Source of the DNA: a virus
Taxonomy: Duplodnaviria > Caudoviricetes
DNA: 59,940 nt
Virus record (IMG/VR): IMGVR_UViG_3300021962_000114
Coordinates: 1 to 59,940 of that record
Direction: 5' to 3' (one strand)
Shown here: piece after piece, positions 19,301 through 28,297 of the stretch
How the letters are laid out: each line of letters begins with the position of its first letter
How positions within the stretch are numbered: the first letter of the stretch is position 1
Position numbers and translations under genes: made by a program
Notes under the pieces: model-generated
What the model saw: only the letters and a program-made list of their open reading frames with translations
What the model was told of the DNA's origin: nothing
Database searches by the model: none

Positions 19301-20380
19301 ACCAAACTTGGCATTAATCGAGCCATTGAACTTCAATTCAGATGAATCATATGCAAAAATTGGTTCAAACAAGTTTTTGCTTTCGCCAGCATCACGGCTG
19401 AATGTATAGCCTGACAAGTTACTAACATCATCAACTGCATCACTCAAGAACACAAATGGCCAATTAACTTGTCCGTTGGTTTCTGTGATAGATGCCGTCA
19501 GATACGAGCCAGAGTTTGCTGGCCAGCTACGAACATTTCCAGAATAAGTACCGTTGATTGTAGGAGCAATAGAATATGTTTGTTGTGACAAAGCACTACC
19601 ACTGAAATATACAGTTCCTTGTGGAATAAACTTTTGTACATCAAACCAAGCAATTGCATAATCAGAGCCACCATTAATTTTTGTAACTTTCTTACCGTCG
19701 GCAACAACAGATGCACTGAATGCTCCGTATGCATTTGCGGTGGTAATATTGACCAACTTACGAGCCTTGAGTGCATTTCCAAGAGAAGAACTCAAACTGT
19801 TAATATTTGGCAAGTATGAGTATGATCCGATAAAGCTAAGAACTTGTGCCTTGGTGGTCAAACTAACAGATGCACTAATACCCGCCGCATCGGTTGTTGG
19901 AATACCATTGACAGCATCGCCAGGCACTTCCCAACCAGAACTGCTGTGAACATATTGAATGTTGGAAGTATAGCTATCGCTATTCAAATACATGAACGAA
20001 CCAGTGGTCAAAGCACCAATATCGTTGGTGCGATCCCAATAACCTGGTTGTGCATATACAACCAGCGGATTCTTTTGCCAATAACCAGTCAAACCACCAA
20101 CACGAACGATGGTTACGATACCTTGTTGAACTAGGTATTCTTTGGCAGTGTAGGGACCGTAGTAGACACCATCAGCAATGCCGAAGCGTTGTTCAAGTGT
20201 AGCTACGTCGGTGATAATGTTAGGAAAGAATGCAGGACCGTCCGCAAATGGAGCGACGATTGCACCTCCGATGTTGGCTACGCCTTGAGCGAGCCCCGAT
20301 AGATCATTTTCTCTGGTGAAGACACCAGGACTTACGATAGTTTGTTCTGGACTCCAGCGTCCACCTTCTTGTATTGGCAT
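16397..20380 (-). CDS. gp18: Tail sheath protein, gp18-like, with large insertion(s)
   Basis: SPGVFTRENDLS, YYPWVKI, WYAPAGLNRG, NRVNPI, WGQKTL, ALDRVNVRRLL, PTRTAEFI; SD GAAAGGA; 1327 aa. Confidence 0.95.
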   Translation of the reverse strand: MPIQEGGRWSPEQTIVSPGVFTRENDLSGLAQGVANIGGAIVAPFADGPAFFPNIITDVATLEQRFGIADGVYYGPYTAKEYLVQQGIVTIVRVGGLTGYWQKNPLVVYAQPGYWDRTNDIGALTTGSFMYLNSDSYTSNIQYVHSSSGWEVPGDAVNGIPTTDAAGISASVSLTTKAQVLSFIGSYSYLPNINSLSSSLGNALKARKLVNITTANAYGAFSASVVADGKKVTKINGGSDYAIAWFDVQKFIPQGTVYFSGSALSQQTYSIAPTINGTYSGNVRSWPANSGSYLTASITETNGQVNWPFVFLSDAVDDVSNLSGYTFSRDAGESKNLFEPIFAYDSSELKFNGSINAKFGAAKLTSNYPAKYAGTGSLSGSQLYGGKQVSLGVVSTPKRLIRKFSGVSLPNDASGWFYLTSSAQGTQTTEETQISTAINESSETNWLLSSSVLNTGTNTGQIDLDYDKDTFDATGDLVVHSASFATVRSAATCGAALRFIGIVSGKYGPFNGSFIATGSGGSDPCNPNPDSRKNMVLAVLANTQNASTQFDSNYTVNGFVDSVVAQLTSSVYPYKGQVNPNENQYQLALRYNFTDENGNNSSGTYGYYDFSLEENANNYIKEVFGMDPTVGNPAKQVQGQKIEAAYNYVLFEDSIKRFLAEKTRSGDEGGGWRIQVATAPSSGFSVGESMKFVDQYSYDPNTGDSQFAITNAKTPWIYSQAIAPFKGSATETANPTKFKLFKVHTLSDGTLANRKYKIEISNVKLSGTVPGSEWGSFTLAVRAYSDTDKRPKYLEIFQNLNLNPDSANFVARRIGDRYAYITFAGKIVEYGTYVNLSKYIRIEMTDLPYPVSVVPYGFEAYSTPVDGTLGNLLPAVRYSKASIYGLAPGKYPSGTVFGDPAEASEELAYLYPTSSFGVGVAIDTANWFKPLPYYGGNDQNGDNIDFDLEAKVWGYADASYYAQGVAASTGSILPPQLSGSIPSIYDPVNEPIYVRLRKFVVGFQGGFEGQWPAIPINVGSDITAGNTQGLDCTTIKSPGSIAYKQCIAALGNADEWDINLIVLPGIFCEQHSYVTNLTITMCETRGDCFYIMDNVVFPASNQSVGLIDAAINSVATIDSNYVATYYPWVKILDTNLNKIIPVPPSVVLPAVYAANDNAAAEWYAPAGLNRGGIPQAVQVLDRLTHQERDVLYENRVNPIAAFPGQGIVVWGQKTLQINPSALDRVNVRRLLINLKKFIASSSNYLVFEQNVAATRNRFLAIVNPYLESVQQRNGIYAYQVKMDAENNTPDLIDRNILYGQIYIQPTRTAEFIMLDFNILPTGASFSA

Positions 20381-20432
20381 ATTTATTGTTTCCTTTCACA
20401 GTCACTTCTCATTGAAGAAGTTATGTTTACTT

Positions 20433-20440
20433 TATAAATA
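20433..20440 (-). promoter_or_regulatory. Putative late promoter TATTTATA for tail sheath
   Basis: Recurrent motif, 52 nt upstream of the ATG. Confidence 0.6.
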
Positions 20441-20490
20441 TGCTTCAAAAAGTTGAACCTCTAACTATTTATATGATCTTTCATTTTTTT

Positions 20491-23400
20491 CTACCGAAAA
20501 TCGATCTTGCTATACCCATTTTCCTTTTTGATCTCCAAATGCATATCAACCATGTCTCGCATTTGATCCAAATGACTGATCACCCAAATGAAATCAAACT
20601 GATGCTTCATATAGGTAAACAATGCACCCATTTGACCCAAATGATCGCTGTCAGCACAACCAAAACCTTCATCAATACAGATAATATTTGGTCGTGGTAG
20701 ATTGCTGATATTAATCAAAGCCACACGAATAGCCAAGCCTGACACAAACTTTTCCATACCGCTGCCCATTTCCAATGGCCAGCGTTTGTCATCATAAACA
20801 ATATTGCTCATGATGTTCTTGCCATCGGTGGTCAAGGTCACAGTAAACTCTACAATCTGGTGTAGAATATTGTTGACTTCTTTTTCAACCTCGGGAAGTG
20901 TCTTGGTGATCACTTCATAAGGAATACCATCACGACTCACAATTGCAGTATAAATCTTGTAAGCCTCGTATGAAGCTTCCAATTCTTGCAGCTTTTTCAA
21001 CTGCTCTGCGGTATTCTTTTGTTGAATCTCCAATTTTCCCTTTTCTGTTGATGCCTTGAACAAATCATTATTTGCACTCTTGATGTCAAGTTCCACAGAT
21101 TTGATACTATTCTTGCAATCGTTTACCTGCACCAACAACTTATTGTTGTTTTCAATGATGTCCTTGTTTTTGTAAAACACATCGATGTTGTCACAAACAA
21201 GCTTTAGCTTGTTTTTGAGATCAATAAGCGTATTTTCCAACTTCAACACCGTGTTGTTGATGGATGCTTTGTTTTTCTCAAGAGCAGCACGATCCACCAA
21301 AAACTTTTGATATGCTTTGTATTGTTCTTCAATGTTACCATACGCCACAACATTTGACTTGATGGTTTGATATTGCTCAACAATTTGTGCAGCATGGCTT
21401 TTTTGATTTTCCAGTTCTTGCTTGGTGGCAATAGCATCTTTAACAAAAACGTTGTTGACACAATAGTTGCAGTTTGGATCATACTTGTGTTCTTCAAGCT
21501 TTTTCAGCTTGTCAATCTTGTTGCGAATAACAACTTTGAGCTTTTCAATATCGCTCTGGGTGTTTTTTTCAAGTTGTACGTCTGCTTTGTATAGTTCATA
21601 CTTTGCTTCGATTCCATCAAAGCTTAGTATAGACCCACTAAGATTAGTCAAACTAGCATCAATACCAGACAGCTTTTCCTTATGCTTGTTTATGTCAGCA
21701 AGTGTAGCATCAACGCTGGTAGTATAATCGATCTTGTCTTTTTCCAGCTTTGTGATATCAAATGCAAACGATTCGGTTTTGACGATGTTTTTGCTTAGTT
21801 CAATCAATTCTGAGTTATAATCTTCCTTCTTGGCTTCCAAAGACTTCAAAAGCAAATTCAGATCAGTGATCGATTGTTCATTCACCGCAATTCTTTGCGA
21901 TGTTTCAGACAACGACTCAATCAACTCATCTTTGCTGAAGTTTTTCAACAGCGCATTGGTTTCTTTGAATTGCTCATTGGCAATATTGTACAATTGATCA
22001 AACACAGTCAATCCCATGAATTGACACAACAAGTCTTTGCGCTCGGTATTGCCAAGATCCACAAACGAACCAGTTTTGCTGTTTTGAATACTCAACACTG
22101 TTAGAATAAAGTCGTCGTAGGTTCCCAAATAATCACGAATGATGTCGTTGGTGCTTCTACGAGCTTCTCCGTTCAAAGGTACTTCTTTGTCGTTCTCCTT
22201 TTTGTAGAACTTGACATCAACCTTTACGTTACCCTTTTTATCTGCTTTACCTTCTCGCTCAATAAAGTAATCAACGCCATTCACTTCAAAATTGAACTTG
22301 CACTTGAAGCTCATTTTCTGAGTGTTGAGAACGTGAACAGCTTTGTATCCCTTACTGAACTTGTCAAATACGCAAAAAGCAAGCGCATCCATGATGCTAG
22401 ACTTGCCACTAGCATTAGGCGCAAACAAACCGATGGTTCCCTTTAGCTTGGTGAAGTCAATATAGTTGCCCTCGCCATAGCTGAACATATTATCAAACTC
22501 AAAAGTCTTGGGCTTCCATCGAATGTTCTTTGGAGTTTTGTCTTTTGGAATTTGTGTGTTGATGTGCTTGTTGAGTTCCAGCACTTTATCCAAGAGTGAC
22601 TTTCCAACTTTCTTTGCAGTAAGAGCATCGGTGATCAATTTGTTCTGATATTCAACATCAAAAATGTTGTGAATATCCAACACTTGTCCAGCAGCAGACG
22701 TTTGATTGTCATAATCATCGATGCGAATAAATGTAGACTCCAAGATTTCGCATTTTGTTTTGATGTCGTTGATGACTTCTTTGACTTGCGAAGGAATAGT
22801 TTCATAGCACTTGGTGCGAATACGAGCTTTCTTTGGAATATCTTTGATATCCGTGATCAACTTACCTTTGTTGATTTCAACTGTATAGAAACCATAATCG
22901 TTTGGAAGTTCGTAGTGCTTAAACAATCTACGCTTCAAATCCCAAAGCAAAAACCCATGACCCTTGAGTTCTTCACCATGATTCTGTTGGATCATCGATC
23001 CAGCATACACAATGACTGGCTTGAATTCGTTGTCGTCATACTCTTGCAATACTTGATGCTTGTGAATATCACCAAGCATTACCATGTGATGTCCATCAAA
23101 CAATTCGTTGGTAATGGCACGGTTGCTCACAACATATCCAATATCAGTAACAGCAGCATTGACTGGTCCATGAAACAAACCAACATGGTGATCGGTTTCG
23201 TTTCTATATTTGCTCGGGATTTTGTCGTGTTTGATGTACTTGTCTGGTTCATCAAATACGCTAAAGTGATTGAACAAAATATTCTCGTATCTAAACACCT
23301 CGGTATCCTTGAGGTAGTAAAGATTCTTGTGGTTCAAACCATTGACGATAGGAGTCAAACAATCCAAACGAGCTTTGTTGTTGAGCAGAGCATCGTGATT

Positions 23401-23676
23401 ACCAGCAATCAAAATGGTGGGAACACGATCTGCGCAATTCTTCAAAAACTCGGAACCCAACTTGACGCATTCTGGTGACAAGTCAACCTTGTTGTGAAAC
23501 ACGTCGCCAGTGATAACACAAACCAAGTTTGTGTTTTTTGCGAGCTTATCAAGTGCTGTGTAGAACTTGTTGAATACAGATTCAAACTCTTCGTGGCGTT
23601 TGGTCAGTCGAATATGAATATCCGATACCTGAATTACGGTGTCTACTTTTTGATCTGTGTTTTTTAATACGATCAT
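20491..23676 (-). CDS. Fused Mre11/SbcD (gp47-like) nuclease and Rad50/SbcC (gp46-like) ATPase
   Basis: SDIH, GDVFH, GNHD, GDIH phosphoesterase motifs; APNASGKSS Walker A; coiled coil with CNYC hook; GSGMEK signature; IDEGFG Walker B; ISH. Confidence 0.92.
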   Translation of the reverse strand: MIVLKNTDQKVDTVIQVSDIHIRLTKRHEEFESVFNKFYTALDKLAKNTNLVCVITGDVFHNKVDLSPECVKLGSEFLKNCADRVPTILIAGNHDALLNNKARLDCLTPIVNGLNHKNLYYLKDTEVFRYENILFNHFSVFDEPDKYIKHDKIPSKYRNETDHHVGLFHGPVNAAVTDIGYVVSNRAITNELFDGHHMVMLGDIHKHQVLQEYDDNEFKPVIVYAGSMIQQNHGEELKGHGFLLWDLKRRLFKHYELPNDYGFYTVEINKGKLITDIKDIPKKARIRTKCYETIPSQVKEVINDIKTKCEILESTFIRIDDYDNQTSAAGQVLDIHNIFDVEYQNKLITDALTAKKVGKSLLDKVLELNKHINTQIPKDKTPKNIRWKPKTFEFDNMFSYGEGNYIDFTKLKGTIGLFAPNASGKSSIMDALAFCVFDKFSKGYKAVHVLNTQKMSFKCKFNFEVNGVDYFIEREGKADKKGNVKVDVKFYKKENDKEVPLNGEARRSTNDIIRDYLGTYDDFILTVLSIQNSKTGSFVDLGNTERKDLLCQFMGLTVFDQLYNIANEQFKETNALLKNFSKDELIESLSETSQRIAVNEQSITDLNLLLKSLEAKKEDYNSELIELSKNIVKTESFAFDITKLEKDKIDYTTSVDATLADINKHKEKLSGIDASLTNLSGSILSFDGIEAKYELYKADVQLEKNTQSDIEKLKVVIRNKIDKLKKLEEHKYDPNCNYCVNNVFVKDAIATKQELENQKSHAAQIVEQYQTIKSNVVAYGNIEEQYKAYQKFLVDRAALEKNKASINNTVLKLENTLIDLKNKLKLVCDNIDVFYKNKDIIENNNKLLVQVNDCKNSIKSVELDIKSANNDLFKASTEKGKLEIQQKNTAEQLKKLQELEASYEAYKIYTAIVSRDGIPYEVITKTLPEVEKEVNNILHQIVEFTVTLTTDGKNIMSNIVYDDKRWPLEMGSGMEKFVSGLAIRVALINISNLPRPNIICIDEGFGCADSDHLGQMGALFTYMKHQFDFIWVISHLDQMRDMVDMHLEIKKENGYSKIDFR

Positions 23677-24587
23677 AATTGGTGTTTTACTTTCAACTTG
23701 AAAAGACTGCTTTCGTCCATCTTAGCACTGGAATCAATTGCTTGCCAGGTTTTTTCGTGACCGATCTCGTTTGGATCTTTACCATTCAGCAAAACCAAAT
23801 GAGTGTTGATTTGGTTTTGCAACAAAAATTCACAAATAGCAACGCTGCTTTTCAAGGCATCATTGTCCAACAACACATTGACTCTGGGTGGTTTGTTGGA
23901 AATCAGCTTGATCTTGAGTTTATTGGACAATGTTTTGCCAAACAGCGGAATTGCGTTATAACGTACAGAGAATGCATCAAACACTCCCTCGACCAACGTG
24001 ATAGGTTGATCAAAATCAGTAAGCATCTCGAAACCGATGATGTCTTTGGTTGAGTCGCACAACCTATATTTCATTTTACTGTTGAACACGTCACGACCAC
24101 AATAAAAATTCAACTCACCATTTTCAGCATACGATGGTACCACAATACGATTTGCAAATGCGCCTTTTTCACAATACCCAATGTTGTAGCGAACAATGTC
24201 GTAGACGCTCAGATTACGCTTGAAGCAATAACTCAAAGCATGTTTCTGAGTTACTGAATTGGTGCTTTTATACAAAGGTTGAAACTCTGGCGGAAGACTC
24301 AGCTTTTTTTCTTCGTATGTTTCAATATGCTTGGGTGCTTGAATCTTACACAGAACTGGATAAAACTCGCTAGGAGCTTTGATCTTGTTCAACAAACTCT
24401 TGAAACTTTTGCCACTGAAGTTGCATACCCAACAATGATAATAGCCGCTCAAGGTGTTCACGTTGAGCTTGCGCTTGTAGTGATTACACTTGGGACAAAA
24501 AAACATAACTTCCTCACCACCTTTTTGGATGTGAGGTTTATGCTTGAAAAGCCGTGACAGCGTTTCTATGACCGAAGTGTCTACCAT
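23673..24587 (-). CDS. DNA primase (zinc finger + TOPRIM)
   Basis: CPKC...HCWVC zinc-binding domain; VEGVFDA, LDNDA, KDPNE TOPRIM motifs; start likely ATG 24587. Confidence 0.88.
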   Translation of the reverse strand: MVDTSVIETLSRLFKHKPHIQKGGEEVMFFCPKCNHYKRKLNVNTLSGYYHCWVCNFSGKSFKSLLNKIKAPSEFYPVLCKIQAPKHIETYEEKKLSLPPEFQPLYKSTNSVTQKHALSYCFKRNLSVYDIVRYNIGYCEKGAFANRIVVPSYAENGELNFYCGRDVFNSKMKYRLCDSTKDIIGFEMLTDFDQPITLVEGVFDAFSVRYNAIPLFGKTLSNKLKIKLISNKPPRVNVLLDNDALKSSVAICEFLLQNQINTHLVLLNGKDPNEIGHEKTWQAIDSSAKMDESSLFKLKVKHQL

Positions 24588-24599
24588 ACGTCTGATCAT

Positions 24600-24627
24600 A
24601 TCATACACGACGTTGGCGGATACGCAA
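24600..24627 (-). promoter_or_regulatory. Possible sigma70-type promoter for primase/nuclease genes
   Basis: TTGCGT-N16-TATGAT on the minus strand just upstream of the primase ATG. Confidence 0.35.
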
Positions 24628-24631
24628 TTTT

Positions 24632-25144
24632 TTATTTCTCGTCGTACATGGCACAAACCACGGCATCGTACATATCACTATTGCGTTCGTCCCAGTTGCC
24701 CTTTTTATTTTGTGCAGTGAACTTGGTCACGTCTGGCATCAAGGATTCAAGCTGTTGTTTCACAAATTCCTTGGGTTTGATTCCCTTGATTCTACATTTA
24801 CCAAATAAATGCTTGCGCATGGTGGTAACACTCAGTAGGTTGACCTTCTTTTTGAAGTGTTCTTCTAGGATGTAAGCAAATACAGCATTGTGCCGTGCCA
24901 GAGTGATAATAACTTGTTGTGATGTAAACCCGCCAGCAAAACCACTTAAAGCTGCTTCAAGATTGATGTGAGACATCTTGGAAATATTGGGATCTTTTTC
25001 CAAAACTGAAATAACATGAAACGTTTTTTCTTTGGTAGAGTCGAATTTCTTGGTGTCTATAAAACCAGCAGAGAGGATTTTTTTATCCTCTCTGAACGCC
25101 CAACCCGTTACTGAAGTGGAAGAATCAAGACCTAGTATAACCAT
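24632..25144 (-). CDS. RuvC-like Holliday junction resolvase
   Basis: ILGLDSSTSVTGWA, INLE, terminal DMYDAVV acidic motifs. Confidence 0.85.
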   Translation of the reverse strand: MVILGLDSSTSVTGWAFREDKKILSAGFIDTKKFDSTKEKTFHVISVLEKDPNISKMSHINLEAALSGFAGGFTSQQVIITLARHNAVFAYILEEHFKKKVNLLSVTTMRKHLFGKCRIKGIKPKEFVKQQLESLMPDVTKFTAQNKKGNWDERNSDMYDAVVCAMYDEK

Positions 25145-25161
25145 ACTAATACATAGTATGA

Positions 25162-25650
25162 TTATCTGGTAAACCTACCGTCGCTATACTTCTTATTGTT
25201 GAAGCCTTTTGTATAAAGCGACAACTGTTTGGATTGATTTCCAATAGCATCTTTGAATTGGGTTTGACCAATAGGTGCTTTGAGCTTGAAGCCTTGGTCA
25301 ACAGTGTACAAAGCATCTTGCACAGCACCTTGACCATTCCAATTAACAGAGATCTTGTTGACACCATCAGTCTTGACACCACCATTGATGCTATCGCTAT
25401 AGTTCAATGCTTTTTCATTGAAATTTTCGGTACCTGTATTGGCACGTAGTTTGAATCCTTTTGTGGTAGTGTATTTCGCATCAAATGTGCTGGTACCGAC
25501 AGAAAGTTGGTTTGATCCATTACCAGTTTGCACGTTTTTTTGCACTGGTTGGTATGCGCCACCTGCTGGTTGACCAGACAAATAACGATCTGCCAAACTC
25601 ATGTTGGAAGATTCACGATCAATTACCTTTGCGTCAGATGAAGTTGCCAT
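25162..25650 (-). CDS. Hypothetical protein with internal duplication
   Basis: 162 aa; DAKYTTTKGFKL and DALYTVDQGFKL repeats; SD AAGGAA and TATTTATT upstream. Confidence 0.7.
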   Translation of the reverse strand: MATSSDAKVIDRESSNMSLADRYLSGQPAGGAYQPVQKNVQTGNGSNQLSVGTSTFDAKYTTTKGFKLRANTGTENFNEKALNYSDSINGGVKTDGVNKISVNWNGQGAVQDALYTVDQGFKLKAPIGQTQFKDAIGNQSKQLSLYTKGFNNKKYSDGRFTR

Positions 25651-25681
25651 ATATTTTTAGTGTTCCTTATAATAAATAGGT

Positions 25682-28246
25682 TTAGGTATCCCATTTCACT
25701 ACAATATTGATTGGAATTTGACCAGTGTTTTTGATAGGATTTGCGATTTTGCCAATTGCCACCAAATCGGCATTGGCATACAAACCTACTTGAGTAATAT
25801 ATGGTGCCAAATACGAACCGGTCGGGTCCATAGACGCACTCAACTGATAGGAAAAGAATTCAGCTTTAATGTCATTGCCGGTACCTTTACCAGTATTTAC
25901 GTCCAAGAATTTGATGATGTCATCGTAGTTGTTGCGACGGCAGATTGGAGTCAAATACTGTTTATAATTGGTAACTTGTAGATTTTGAATGTAATAATTC
26001 CAGATCAAATATGCATCTGAATAATCCACAATACCATCCTTGTTTACGTCAAAATCCTTGGTGGCCAATTCACAGCGAAGTTCTGGAGTCAAACGATTGT
26101 TGGTATAATCATATACAGATGATGTAAAGAAGCTGAACATACTTTGTTGTACATCTCCTTCAACCAACACATTCCACCAAGATTCACGATGTGGAGCAGT
26201 AAGCTTGTAGTTGATGTATCTCAAAATAATGTCAAGATTGCTAAAATCAAAAGTAGCCTTGTTGATAATACCATAAGAAAATGCAGATCCCGTGATAGCA
26301 GTAGGATTGGTAGACACATTGAACTCACCTGGTTCGACAGTGCAAATATATTGCTTTTCGTTGAGTGTAATTTGACTATCATATGTGCCAAACACATAAT
26401 CATTCAAAGGATTCAGAGGATCTCGCAACAAATCTCTAAGAACACTACCAGTGTTGTTCACAACCAACCTATCGTTGTTGTAAAACACATTACCAACAAC
26501 TGCATCTTTTTGCAAGTCAGCAAAATCATAGATAAACGCTTGACCAAATACATCAACAACTGGTTGTTCCAAAACATACACAATGCTACCAGAGCTTTGA
26601 GCATTCATGTTATTGCCAGAACAGTCGCAGATTGCATCTTCCATTCTGAGTTGCACAATTGCTTGGTCAGCACCGCCACACTCAATCGGAAAGCTACCGC
26701 TTTGCTCTGCCAAAATAGGAGCTTGTAAATACAAGTCGTCGTTCAAAATTGCTGGCGAACCAATGACCAAGTTATCATTAGAGATTGCCACGCTAGATCC
26801 AAACGCAGTAAAGCATTCACCAATACGTTTTCTGTATGCAATTGGTGCGGATGTAGCAAGTTCAAACAATGCCGATCCAGAACATGGATTTGCCTTCCAT
26901 CTGTACAACAGTGCTTGACCGTTGTAGGTACTTGTACCAAAGTCGTTGTCTTGAAAATTTGTGTTGTACTGATTTATTGATGCAGACAGATAAAGGCTTG
27001 AAAATGGAAAGTATGGTTTTGGAGATCCTACCAAAATATACTTGTCGGTCATATCCACACTATATCCCAACATGTTGTCTTTGAATGTGGTTGTGTCTCC
27101 GTAAAATTTCTTTTGTAGAGTATATGCTCCAGATCCAGAAGATTGATAGTAGAAATAGAAAGCTCCACGTTGACGAACTGTTTGTGATCCACTATATTCC
27201 AAATACACAAGATCGTTTGGTGCGCCAACAACGAGTCCATTTTCATTCAATGCTACAGAATATCCGTATCTGGATTGTGAGTAACTCTGAGACAGTGGAT
27301 AAAACCCAACGCTAGAATCACCAGAAACAGTCAGCCACTTTGATGCTGTATTTTGCTGCAATGTTTGTAGAAATGTCCAACTATTTTGATCAGACGCCAG
27401 TTGATACACATACACCAAACTTTGTGTGGTAGACAACGTACCCACAGCAATTCTGTTTTGCGCAACCTTGTCGATTGCCACAGCAGATCCAAAAAACTTT
27501 TGTCCGTTATCACCACTCGTCAAAGTCGAATGTAGTGAGTACCCACAGTCGTCGGATTTTTCATACACATATACAGCACCTTTTCCACTGTTTGCTAATG
27601 GCGCACCCACCAACAAAAAATTGTTAGAAACCGCAATAGCTTTTCCAAACTGTTGCGAAGCTGATCCAGTGATGCTGCAAAATGGTCGTGAAGGCAAAAC
27701 AAATTCAGTGGTGTCTGCATCAGCACAGCTTGACGAATTGTTTGTGTCGTACATTCGATATACATCTACAGACGCAAATGCCAAAATGTTACCAGCAAGA
27801 CTTTCACTAAACGCCATGTCTCCAACTGCCATGTATTTGTCGCACATAGCAACAGAACGACCATAACCATTTTGCAAAATTATTGATGTGCCATCTTCCA
27901 ACACATAAAAACTACAGGTTGTAAATCCATGATCTGCGGATTCAAAATACAAACTACCGCTTTCTTCAGTGATCAAAGACGCTGTGCGTGATGCACTAGA
28001 ACTTTGCTCGGTAAAATATGTGTTTACAAATCCAAAATCCGATGCCACACTCTTACGATATGTTTTGACAAACGAGTAGTTGGTGGTGAACTGATTTTTA
28101 CGATATACCAACACTTCACCAAGGCGAGCATAACCTTCTTGGCACGTATATGGCTTTGAATTAGGATTACCCACAGCAACGTAGGTTCCATTTGTAGCCA
28201 CTTGGTATCCAAAATTCTCGTTATAGATGTTCAGCAGATTTGACAT
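25682..28246 (-). CDS. Virion structural protein: FG-GAP beta-propeller, dockerin/EF-hand-like segment and C-terminal tail/baseplate anchor domain
   Basis: Repeated FGxxVAxxxxxxxVGxP blades; DVNKDGIVDYSD; C-terminal PYITQVGLY...LVAIGKIANPI also present in 37897..39012. Confidence 0.75.
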   Translation of the reverse strand: MSNLLNIYNENFGYQVATNGTYVAVGNPNSKPYTCQEGYARLGEVLVYRKNQFTTNYSFVKTYRKSVASDFGFVNTYFTEQSSSASRTASLITEESGSLYFESADHGFTTCSFYVLEDGTSIILQNGYGRSVAMCDKYMAVGDMAFSESLAGNILAFASVDVYRMYDTNNSSSCADADTTEFVLPSRPFCSITGSASQQFGKAIAVSNNFLLVGAPLANSGKGAVYVYEKSDDCGYSLHSTLTSGDNGQKFFGSAVAIDKVAQNRIAVGTLSTTQSLVYVYQLASDQNSWTFLQTLQQNTASKWLTVSGDSSVGFYPLSQSYSQSRYGYSVALNENGLVVGAPNDLVYLEYSGSQTVRQRGAFYFYYQSSGSGAYTLQKKFYGDTTTFKDNMLGYSVDMTDKYILVGSPKPYFPFSSLYLSASINQYNTNFQDNDFGTSTYNGQALLYRWKANPCSGSALFELATSAPIAYRKRIGECFTAFGSSVAISNDNLVIGSPAILNDDLYLQAPILAEQSGSFPIECGGADQAIVQLRMEDAICDCSGNNMNAQSSGSIVYVLEQPVVDVFGQAFIYDFADLQKDAVVGNVFYNNDRLVVNNTGSVLRDLLRDPLNPLNDYVFGTYDSQITLNEKQYICTVEPGEFNVSTNPTAITGSAFSYGIINKATFDFSNLDIILRYINYKLTAPHRESWWNVLVEGDVQQSMFSFFTSSVYDYTNNRLTPELRCELATKDFDVNKDGIVDYSDAYLIWNYYIQNLQVTNYKQYLTPICRRNNYDDIIKFLDVNTGKGTGNDIKAEFFSYQLSASMDPTGSYLAPYITQVGLYANADLVAIGKIANPIKNTGQIPINIVVKWDT

Positions 28247-28297
28247 TTCCTATAAATATTGATCAAAACCAAATATTTTGCAAAAGAATCACACTAA

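Noticed and set aside
1013-24587. Inteins or introns in MCP, portal, terminase, nuclease or primase
   Set aside because: Motifs are contiguous with no Hint or homing endonuclease insertions visible
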